64,000 bases of DNA, from NCBI GenBank assembly GCA_964035545.1, contig OZ037767.1:4418707-4482706 (forward strand), read 5' to 3'. The translations under genes were made by a program, and so were the position numbers. This stretch comes from Bugula neritina. Its lineage: Eukaryota; Animalia; Bryozoa. A model generated the notes under the pieces. It searched no databases and was not told the origin of the DNA. It was given only the letters and a program-made list of their open reading frames with translations. Positions 29,601 through 41,600 of the stretch are shown one piece after another (positions within the stretch are counted from its first letter, which is position 1; the number at the start of each line of letters is the position of its first letter).

Positions 29601-32600
29601 ATTTTACTTTGTAATTTCATTAAGAAAACAATCTTTTACTCACAGTCTCTGATCACCAACTGAGGTTTTTGTTCAGATTCTTTAGAGCTGATCAAGTCTG
29701 CAAAATATTGTCGTATTCTTCAGATTTTAGCAAATTTCATAAACGGTAATTACAACTCTATTGGCCACTTCTGGTCAGCACAGTGGTGAAGTTATGAATT
29801 ATATACTATGCAATGATGATGATTTTTCAATACAGTAACAATATAATGAAATTCAATGATGGAAGGATAATTGTGTAACCTTTTTGCCACGGGTAGTGTT
29901 GTGTAGTGTGTCTAGTGGTGTGTTGTGTTATGTAGAAGTAAGCAGTGGTGTGTAGAAGTAAGCAGTGGTGTGTAGAAGTAAGCAGTGGTGTGTAGAAGTA
30001 AGCAGTGGTGTGTAGAAGTAAGCAGTGGTGTGTAGAAGTATGTAGTGGCATCATAGTTTATCTTAAAAATTGTTTGTTTAGAATAAAAGTCTAACCCAAG
30101 ATGCCCGCTCCTCCAGATCCTACCGTGATGAGTTGGATATTGTGAAGGAAAAAGCGCTGAAAGTAGACAAACTGGAAAGGCAACTCCAGTCATATAAAGA
30201 TAAAATGCATGAATTAGATTTCTTTAAAGCCCGTGTAGATGTAAGTAGTAATGGGTAATTTTAATTGAACAGATTTGTTGAAGTGTCACAGCCAGTTGTG
30301 GTATTTTATACAAAGTCATTCTAAATATATTACACTTGTGTATGTTTATGTTAATGTTTCCAGTGCCAAGCTCATCGGCTGTAAGAAATAGTAGTTCTCT
30401 TAATTGCATAGAAACCTTTGAGAGAAAGTTTATATTGCTAGTATCTTAGTACGATATGGCCATGAGTCATGATATATTGCTTGTGATACCCTGATTAAAT
30501 AACATGTTCTTCCCAAGATGGTGCTGTTAGATAAGCTATGATAGTACTTAACTGTATTTAATAAGTTTTGATAGTGTCTGTTGAATTAGATTAGAACTGT
30601 TAACCTTTTATGGTAAACTAGCAACCTAGGTCAGGAAATCATCAGCAAGCGAAATAGTAAATTATTTTACTGTACAAAGAGCTTGGAAACTAGATTTGAG
30701 ATAAGGTAGAGCTAGGGTTACTTGGTATGCATACATGTAAAAAAAGTTTTCATTACTCCCAACTCCATTTTCAATATAAATATTATATCATTATAGAAAC
30801 TTGAAGCCCTCTGATTATATATGATGAAATTTATATTAGGCTATTACATATATATAATGATGATACTATATATATATTTTTTTTTAATATACAGTATATA
30901 TAATATTATGCTATGTTATTACAGGAGCTGCGTGAAGACAATAAGATACTGATAGAGACTAAAGTAATGTTGGAGGATCAGTTGGCCACCAGTCAACAAA
31001 GAGTAGATACCATCATTGAGCTTGGTGAGTGCCAGTAGTTAGTATAGAGTACTAGTAGTCAGTATAGAGTACTACTAGTCAGTATAGAGTACTACTAGTC
31101 AGTGTAGAGTACTACTAGTCAGTATAGAGTACTACTAGTCAGTATAGAGTACTAATAGTCAGTATAGAGTACTACTAGTCAGTATAGAGTACTACTAGTC
31201 AGTATAGAGTACTACTAGTCAGTATAGAGTACTACTAGTCAGTATAGAGTACTATTAGTCAGTATAGAGTACTGACAACTCCTAGTCGTGACCAGAATGT
31301 CTACTGGGGTGGGAGATGTACATGTATTTATATCATATTAGTATGCTGGTTCATGCACATTCCTCGGATTCCTCAGCTTGCTTATACCATTACTCAGCTG
31401 TAGCACGTCAAAACAAGTCATTCTAAATAGTAATCAATCACACTTATTTACAGCTAGCTACATGCCCTCTGATTTAGTATTTTGTCTTTGTTGAGCTCTT
31501 TGATATCGAAGATACAGTTTGGATGAAATCCAAGAGTGTTAATTGCATTATCCTTCATTTCAATTCTTTTTGTCAATTCTTTGTCTCAATTAAAACCAGT
31601 ATGTTAAGTATAGTTTGGTCAGCTAAGTTGACTTCATCAGTTAAGTTCATTCTTAGTTTTTAGTCTTAGGTTTAGCTAATACTTCACAGCCCATGATTTC
31701 TGTTACGCAGGTTATATAGCTTATAGAATCAATACTCTCTCATTTCTAAGGTGTTGAGCTATGTCGTTAGTCGACCAGGAAATGTCGGTGCTAAGGGTAG
31801 GCTGTGTTTGCAGAGAATGAGTTGATGAATAAACGGAAGGAAGCGGAGGAGTGGAATGCCCAGAGAGAGTTGGATCTGCAGACCATACAGGAAATGCACG
31901 AGTGTATCACAAAGTTGCAGTGCGAGAAGAACTCCACCCTCAACGAGAGTGCCAACCTGGAGGAGGAACTCGCTCTAGCCAGGGTAAGATGTTTACTTTA
32001 TACTGTGTGCTTTGTTCTGTTGTGCATCTGTTCTACTAATTTGCTTTCGGAGTTATTCTCTCAATTCCCACTGTGGCATATTATATTAACACTTTTATTT
32101 TGTGATGTGTGAAAATAGCAAAAGTTTCAGGATTATGGAATTTGAGAACAAATGGTGTTTAGCAGTATTTTATTATGAGTCCAAATACTAATAGAATCGT
32201 CAAACAAAGTTTGCCGGATAGATTTTTGTCAGAAGATTTGTGACTTTGATTGTGTATACTGGTGTTAGCCTAAACACTGTAATATACTACACAGAGGGTA
32301 ATGCTTGTGTGGCCGAATAATAATTAACTATACAAGTTGTGTCGGAGTTTAAAATGAACAAATTTATCCAGTTCTATTTTCACTTGCAATAATTGCAAGT
32401 GGCTGTACCTGCATACATTAGCCTAATTATAGTGTATGAGATGCACCATTTCTAACTAGAAGTTGTGTTCCCTTGTTGTGTCTTATTACTATACACTGTG
32501 ATGATTGTACACGAAACAGGGAGCTATTGGCACCTTTAGTGTAAATGTAAGTATACTCGCTACTGCTTGCTGTCACATCAACCTGGACTAAGCAAACCTC

Positions 32601-35600
32601 TAGGCTACTCTGCAATGCACTCTGTCAGACCACAGATCTATTTCGTAGCTGTAATGGCAAAGCCTGCTATTGCACTGATGTTAGTAGTTGTCTTATCTGG
32701 CAGAGTGTATAAAGCAGACAACTACCAACTGCACACTTGACTAGGTTATGCTGGCATGCTCGTGGTTGTGGGTATTTATAGCTCCCCTCATCTCTGACTC
32801 TAGCTTAACGTCTACTCACTCTCCTAAACTACACTCTCAACTGTTACAGTCACGTTAACCTCTTACTCACCATCACTTAGTATTTCTTGTACTCCAACCT
32901 CCACTGCATTCATAGTAATCGTTTAATAACTCGGATGGGGCACAGTATTTCAAGATAATATAAATCTTTCTGCCACCTACTCCTACTGCACAATAGCATG
33001 TACCTGTACTGCAAGCATGTGGTGGACTCAACCCTCCTTATGTGCAGCACGGCTGTATTTAGTGAATATAACTCTGTCTATGCAGGGATTAGCCAACTCT
33101 GAGCTCTCACAATCTCTGAAAGAACAACTGGCTGACACGACAAACACTGAAGTGCTGAGGCTAGAGTTAGAGAACCAGGGGCTGCAGAAACTACTGGCTG
33201 ACCAGAGAGACCAGTTTGCGCTTGAGAACAGCTCCCATCTCCTCGAGTTGGAGAAGGAGAACAGTCGTCTGGCCTCTAAAGTAAGTACTGTGACTAGTGT
33301 GGAGTATCTAAAGTAAGTTCTAGACTAGTGTGGAGTATCTAAAGTAAGTTCTAGACTAGTGTAGAGTTTCTAAAGTAAGTTCTAGACTAGTGGGGAGTAT
33401 CTAAAGTAAGTACTAGACTAGTGTGGAGTATCTAAAGTAAGTTCTAGACTAGTGTGGAGTTTCTAAAGTAAGTACTAGACTAGTGTGGAGTATCTAAAGT
33501 AAGTTCTAGATTAGTGTGGAGTTTCTAAAGTAAGTTCTAGACTAGTGTGGAGTATCTAAAGTAAGTACTAGACTAGTGTGGAGTATCTAAAGTAAGTACT
33601 ACACTAGTGTGGAGTATCTAAAGTAAGTTCTAGACTAGTGTGGAGTATCTAAAGTAAGTTCTAGACTAGTGGGGAGTTTCTAAAGTAAGTTCTAGACTAG
33701 TGTGGAGTATCTAAAGTAAGTACTGTGACTAGTGTGGAGTTTCTAAAGTAAGTTCTAGACTAGTGTGGAGTATCTAAAGTAAGTACTAGACTAGTGTGGA
33801 GTATCTAAAGTAAGTTCTAGACTAGTGTGGAGTTTCTAAAGTAAGTACTAGACTAGTGTGGAGTTTCTAAAGTAAGTACTAGACTAGTGTGGAGTATCTA
33901 AAGTAAGTTCTAGACTAGTGTGGAGTTTCTAAAGTAAGTTCTAGACTAGTGTGGAGTTTCTAAAGTAAGTTCTAGACTAGTGTGGAGTATCTAAAGTAAG
34001 TACTAGACTAGTGTGGAGTATCTAAAGTAAGTTCTAGACTAGTTTGAAACATTTAAGGTAAATTACCAGCATGTTTCTTGTAATGCAAGTTACAAGCCTG
34101 TTTCTAGCCTCCAGAGTAAGTTATAGATGAGTCTTCCAACAGAATAATAGTACAAGTTTGTATATCATTTGGCTATTCATGTCTATTAAAAGTCATTTGA
34201 GTTCAGGTCTGATGAATTAGTATTCATCTACTCTACACATTTCACATACAGTTCAGATGAGTTGTATATAGTTTACTAGGTTGAGTTGATATGAATAACT
34301 TCCCATTGCCATCACACTACTGATAATACAGACTGTTGGCAACTCTTTGTTGATTCTTCAGGTTCAGAAGCTTCAAGAAAGTACGACCAAGTCCAGTCAG
34401 GATTTTATGGTGTTGGAGAATGAGAAGCAGGAATGTCACCGGCAAGTTACGGAGCTGAAGAATACTATAGACACAGTGAAGGAGAGCTCTGAACGTCAGG
34501 TATGGGACGACCCTCCACCCTCCCCCCTCCCTTTGCCCGATATGGTTATAATATGAGTTGATACTTGCTGTGTACTTTATGTTTCCAGGCTGTACAACTT
34601 GCAGATATGCATTCATACACTACGTTTTCACTATTCACACTTTTCATAAACCATGAAACTTATTTGAGAATCAATTCAAACAATAGAGCCATTGTGATCA
34701 TCTCAATGAGTTATTCTTCGTGCCTGGTAGTGTTGTCTGCTGATCTGGTCTGTCCATGGCTAGTTCAGTAGGAAAGCTGGTAGACAATAGACTTGGAGCC
34801 AGGCTTTGTCTAATATGTCCTGGCAGCATAATTTTACTTCTATGCAGTTAGATGAGTCATGAACGGCTAGTTATTCCACCAGGTATTATTACACCAGTCA
34901 CCAGGCATGTTATTCTACCAGGTAGTATTATTCCACCAGGTAAAGGAGCTGGAGCGAGAGAACGAGCAGCTAAACCTGACGATAGAGACTCTGAGACAGA
35001 GGAACGAGCAGAATATAGACATGCGGGTGAAGGACGTTGAACGGGAGAACAAGAGAATGGCGGAGACGGTAAAGGAAGTGAATCAGCAACTCAGTAAACT
35101 CGACTATGAGCACCGGACTCTGCAGAAAACTCACTCGAGACTCGAGGAACAGGTGGAGAAAGTGCAGCAGGTAGGGCTTCCTGTCTAGTCCACAACAGGC
35201 TTGCTGTTAGTTGTTTCATTTTTCTCTTTGTGGGGCAGACTAAAAGATAGTAGATTTAGAAAGTTGCCAAAGTTATCAGATATTAAGACGATAATGTCAT
35301 CTGTTTAAAAAATTATAATTTTCATTTCTAAATAGAAAATTGTATATGGTTTGGAACCTTGGTCACATTATGGTTTTGATTTAAATTGTATAAATTTGAT
35401 TTCATTTGCTTTTCACGCGTTAAAATCATAATTGAAATCAATATTTAATGGAGGTGGGATTTGCTAACAGCTGTGATGTCATGCAGGTTGAAGAGCAAAA
35501 TGAAAAGCTGGAGAGAGACAACTCCGACTTATCAAAGCAAATAGCCACTCTGCAGCTGACAGTAGAGAAGTATGAGGAGGTTGAGCAGGATCTCTCCGAC

Positions 35601-38600
35601 AAGGAAGTGGAGAACAGGAAGTTACAGAAGCAGGTGGAGAACATGAAGGAGAAGTTGACGAGAGAAGCTCAGCAGAGTCAGGATAACATCGTGTTGACTG
35701 TGGAGAATCAGAGACTCACTAAGGCTATTGCCAACTCGCAGAAAGATCTGGCGAGGATTGCAGAGTTGGAGTCTGAGCTGGAAGAGAAGGTAATGTGCGT
35801 GCGTGTGTGTGTGTAATGTAGTGATATTTAGTGTAATACGTGATACAGTAACCATACAGTAACTTGTACACATAATTTGTCTCTAACCACCACCTGGTTT
35901 GCTTGCTGTTCTTGCTAAACATCTGGCGTCATGCATGTTACGTTGTAAGTTCAGCAGCCTGATTATTTCCATGTTTTATAGTCAACTTTTCCGATTGCTA
36001 AGCTAATAATATTCGAATACTTGGCAAGTCTTGTACATCACAAGTTGTATAGACGCAATCTCTCTGTCTGTAGGAGAAGGAGTTGTCCTCTTCTACCTCC
36101 ACTCTGCACCAGTATGAGGCAGACAGAGCTAAGCTCCAGGAGATGGAGGTCAAGCTTTACAACTCTGACAGTGAAATACACAAACTGAATAAGAGCATCG
36201 AAATGTACACTAAAAAGGTATGGTCTTCAAAATGTGACATTACTTGTTTGGAGTGACCAGCCTAATAGATGTAGCTGTATCGCTCCCAGTCTAGTGTTTC
36301 ATCGTTGTTTCAGGTTTAGAATAAATAGAACAGGCTTGTTTCGAAAAGCATTCAGACCAGTTTCTAACTTGCGTAACATTAGAATCATTTCAACTTTCTC
36401 AAAATTTGAAAACTTGAAATTGTAGTGGATAATTTTGATTTTTTTTTAAATACAAGTTTGCTAATGAGTATTAAACCTGTCAGATTTTCATGGTGCTGAT
36501 GACGAGTTCAGTTTTTGACCTCATGGACAGCTAGTTTGGGCAGTGCTCTTGTGATAGAATAGGCTTTAGAGTACCAGGTGTAAATCATAGTAACATTGGT
36601 GACAAAATAGAGGGTGCTATTAGCCTACTACTTGAACTTATAGATTAGTATCTATTATAAGATTCTCAGGTGTACTCTTTGAATGATAGTGCTAGTATTG
36701 GTTTAGTGGCAGCATTAACATAAGTCATATTAATTGTAGTGCTGGTAATACTGGTAGTAATAATTTTACTTGTAACAGTGGTATTAGTGCAATAGCAGTA
36801 GTAGCAATTGGACTTCTAGTAGTACTGCTATTACTAAAGTAATATTTGTGATAGTAAGACTGTAGTTGTACCTAGATTGGCTGTAGTAGTATTAACCTGA
36901 ACTAGTACGTTGCCTGGTGTTGACTGTACCTAGATTGGCTGTAGTAGTATTAACCTGAACTAGTACATTGCCTGGTGTTGACTGTAGTTGGAAGCAAAGA
37001 GTGCAGACTATGAGGAGTTACAGAAAGAGAACAGAGCTCTGGAGGCCACCATACAATCTCTACGGCTGGCTATACGCAACTTGGAGAGTCTGACAGAGGA
37101 TAACAAGTCTCTGGAAGAGGCCAACTCTCAGCTCACTCACGAGAAAGAGTATAAAGACAAGGAGATCAAGAAACTAAAACAGTCTCTAGAGCTCAAGGAG
37201 TCTAGTATTGATGAGTACACGTGAGTTGTTGAAGAGATCAGTGTCTTGTTCTGGATTAGTTACCTTAAATTTCACCCAATAAAAGCAGTCGGCAATTTGA
37301 TGGGTTTGAAATGCATTAGCTAAGACTTCTGGATACCGCAGTATTTACAGCGGTAGCAGTTATCTCCTCTATCTTTATCACTTGGTAGGGAAAAGCTGGC
37401 AACTCTAGAGCGAGAAAGCAAATCTTTGAGGCGTGCCGGGGAGAAATGGAGACAGGCCAGTGTTAGAGTAAAGGAGCACGAGAAAGAGGCAAACGATCTC
37501 ATGCAGAAGACGATAATGGACAAGAAGACAATCAAAGATCTGAGAGAGGTTAGTAGTGTAGCCTTCTAGCCTTTGGTGGCTGTGAACTGAAACAGAGCTC
37601 AGATTAGCTTTGAATAGAATATTGCTCAACAAGTTTTAGTTTTAATTTCTGGCTTTAATGGTTTTATTTATTGCTGTTTCTCTTCATGTATTTATATTCA
37701 TGTACGTATTTAGTAGAGCTGTTTATAAGCCTGAGTGTAATAGTTGATGTAATGTAAAAAAGTTAGAAAGAGCTGGTATCCTCTCCAGTTTGACACCTGC
37801 TAAGTTACCTTTAGGAGCAGTAGTGGATAAATTGAGATAGCCTAAGTTCTTTAATTTTATTATTAAATTTTAGTTTGAAATGCGGGTTGAAATTCTCAAG
37901 AGAACATAACCTCTTATGCTACATTTCTAATCTAGAACACATACTTTTCTCCGTTACTGCACTTACCTAGCCCTGTAGTTCTGTGCTGTTTGCCGCCTGG
38001 TACAAGGAGTTATCTTCTCATTCTATGTCTCGCAGGAACTGGTGCAGGAGAAGCTCAAGTCTCAACAGATAACCAACGAGTTGGAGCAGCTCAGGTCAGA
38101 TCTGCATAGAATGGGTCTGGATAAAGACAAGCTGGAGGCTGATGTTTCTGCTGCAGATGAACAGTAAGAATATTCGGTTGTCATAGAACACAATTCTTCT
38201 TATCCGCACTAACTGTTTTATGTAGATTAAACCTGTTGAGCTTTTTTTATGGGTAGTTAATCTAAGATAGTAAATTGCATTGTGATTAAATCCTAGTTGT
38301 TACCAACTTTCACTGTTTATTGCCAGTTGTTACTGGTTGTTGCTGGTTCTTACTATTTGCTACTAGTTGTTCTAACTTATTCTGAAGTCTAGTTGTTTTG
38401 TTAGCTGATTATGTATGTTGATGTTACAGTCGTCTGAAAGCACTCCAAGAAATGATGGAAGACGCCCGCAAACAAAGTCTTTCCATAAAAGAGGAGAAAA
38501 TAAAAACTTTAGAACAGAATTTGGAAGAGACAAAAAATCTGAATGCAACACTTCATCGGCAGCTTGATACAATGCAGAAGGAGTATCAGTCATATTTAGA

Positions 38601-41600
38601 CAGGTAGGTGCTGTCTTATTTAGACAGGTAGTTGTCATATTTAGACAGGTAGTTGTCATATTTAGACAGGTGAGTGTTGTCATATCTAGACAGGTGAATG
38701 TTGTCATATTTCAACAGGTAAGTGCTGTCATATTTATACAGGTAAGTGTCATGTCTAGACAGGTGGGTGTTGTCATACCTAGACAGGTAGTTGTCATACC
38801 TAGACAGGTAGTTGTCGTACCTAGATAGGTAGTTGCTGTCATATCTAGATAGGTAGGTAGGTGTTGTCATATCTAGACAGGTAGTTGTCATACCTAGACA
38901 GGTAGTTGTCGTACCTAGATAGGTAGTTGCTGTCATATCTAGATAGGTAGGTAGGTGTTGTCATATCTAGACAGGTAAATTATGTTGTAATTATTATGAG
39001 GAAAAATCTATTTCTAGATTTTTGTTACAAAAGCCCCTAATTCATTTTCACACAGTACAATTAACTAGAAATTGAAGCTCAGCAAAAAATTCTATGCAAT
39101 TTTTTTGACAAGTTATTACAGTGTGTGGCTCAGAACAGGCAGTGCATATTGCCAGACAGTTTTGTGGTGTGTCAGCAGTTATGTATAGGGTGGTTGTGAC
39201 TAGGCAGGTTATTACAGGTGAGAGGATAGGTTAGGTGAGGAATCAGGTTATCACAGGTGAATATTAACCTTTTTGATTTACATTTCAGGAAGCAGAGTGA
39301 GCCCAGCACAAACACCACCACAATCAATGTACAGGCAGTTCCTGGGAAACAATCATCTAGTATTAGTCAGCTAGTCATTAAGAAGACACCTCAACAGGTA
39401 CGTCCTTCTTAAAGTGTAAACTTGTCACCTGTAGTTCTTATCAGTATCTGCACCTCTTACTTAAATACTGTCTGATATTTCTGTTTAACTTTTATGGAGA
39501 GCTTGTGTAATATTTGTCCCCACTTTGACTACTCTGCCTGCATCCGATACTAGAGCTGTCTACGCTGTATCAGGTACTAGAGTTGTCTACTCTGTATCAG
39601 GTACAAGAGTTGTCTACTCTGTATCAGGTACTAGAGTTGTCTACTCTGTATCAGGTACTAGAGTTGTCTACTCTGTCTGTAGGGTCCTGTACAGCAAATA
39701 CAAAGCGAGCACTACCTGGCAGTACAACATGAGCTTATGAAGGGCCAGAGACAGATAGCTACACTCAAGTCAGAGAATGCTGGTCTCAAGTCTCACTCCA
39801 TGTACTCAGAGGAGAGAGCCAAGAAGCTGGAGACCAACGTAAGTGTCTGCTGCACTAGTCTTTATTCACGACAATATTTATCTGTGGCTTTACTCATCAA
39901 CCAACCTTCTTCTCTGGTTTAAGGTGTCTCAATTGTTGAAAAAATTTATTTAAAGACAGTGCTATAACTCTCAAGTTGGTAAACAATTCATGACACTGCA
40001 ATAGGCCAGTCATTGTAATGAAAATCAATTTGTTTCAACAAAAAGTTGTAAAAAAAATTGAGTATTATTATTATTCACAAGTTGTTCATTCATTGTGTTT
40101 GCTTTTTGGTTCAACTGTTGGATATGAGGAAGTATCGCACTGTGTTTCTACACCCAGTGTGTTTTGTGTATGTAGCTGGCAGTTGTCAAGGGCGAGAAGA
40201 ACTCCCTCAATGCCCAGAATGCTCAGCTGCAAGTTGAGAACACAACTCTACAGTCACAGTCCAACAGTCTGCTCAAACAGAACAGTCGGCTGCAGCAAAA
40301 ACTCGCTAAACTGCAGTCAGACTTTGAAGAGACAGCCGTGAGCCACCAGGAGCTGAATGAGACGTATGAGTCATTGGTGCAAGATCATGAGCAGCTGCAA
40401 TCTCTCAATGAACAGGTACGACCTAGTTACTGTCTATATGAGCTAGTTACTGGCTATGTGACCTAGTTACTCTCTATATGACCTAATTACTGTCTATATG
40501 ACCTAGTTACTCTCTATATGACCTAATTACTGTCTATATGACCTAGTTACTCTCTATATGACCTAATTACTGTCTATATGACCTAGTTACTGTCTATATG
40601 ACCTAGTTACTCTCTATATGACCTAATTACTGTCTATATGACCTAGTTACTCTCTATATAACCTACTTACTCTCTATATGACCTACTTATTGTCTATATG
40701 ACCTAGTTATTAGACATGTGACCTATTTACAGCTAGTAGTATAGTCATAATTCATGCTAAATGCACAGTCTTCTGCAGCTAAGCAGCTATTGTTGTTGCA
40801 TCTGATTGTTAAACCTACTGGTAAGATTTCGATATGAGATAATGTTGATGATAATTAAATATTCACACACTGTTGGTCTTTATATATGATGTATCTATGA
40901 TCTTGATTTGACCACATAATCTATGCGTGCATTGGAAATGTTGAATCTACACACTCAGTCTTTCACAGATGTGCTGTGTCTGCTCTGCTGTATACACTTT
41001 GTATGTGACCTAAACTTAAGGGGTGATAGCACACTGGTGTCTTCACACATGCTCTGCTATGTAACGCACTGGAGTTTTGTGTTTGCACTTCAGCTTTCTA
41101 GCGAGTATGAAGCCCTAATATCTGAACACGGTATGCTCAAATCACAATATAAGCAACAGAGAGAGGAGATAGCCGAGTTGAACCGGTCAAAGAACAACTT
41201 GGCAAAGGAGAAGGCCGCCATCGAGGAGATGAGACAGTCTATGCAGAAGGAGAGGCTGAGCTTGCAGCTTGATGACAGCTACAGTTTCAACCAGGATATG
41301 AAGAGGTTGTCGGAGGAGAAGCAGCTGTTTCAGCAGCAGACGGATAAGGTGAGGGGTATGTGAGCTGGGTGGCTGTCCGGTGGTACGGTGAGTACAGGGG
41401 ACACAGAAGGACAATATGGGCAGGCATAATAAATTTAAAAATGCAGCCTCAGAAAAGGGTGCACCATCTTCTTTGACATTTTGTTAAAAATTATACTAAG
41501 TTGTAATATCTTGTAATGAGTGACTCTTTGAGATAGTCAGTAGTGCCCATCAGCAGTTCTCTGTAACTCTCCTGTATTTATTACGTAGATGAGGGGAGAG

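Noticed and set aside
33275-34042. CRISPR-like regular ~31-bp array
   Set aside because: No unique spacers, no cas genes, intronic in an animal gene; it is a minisatellite.
38372-38936. Repetitive ORFs in the track (also 29827-30193 and 39525-39740)
   Set aside because: Translations of intronic minisatellites or antisense shadows of CCDC88 exons.
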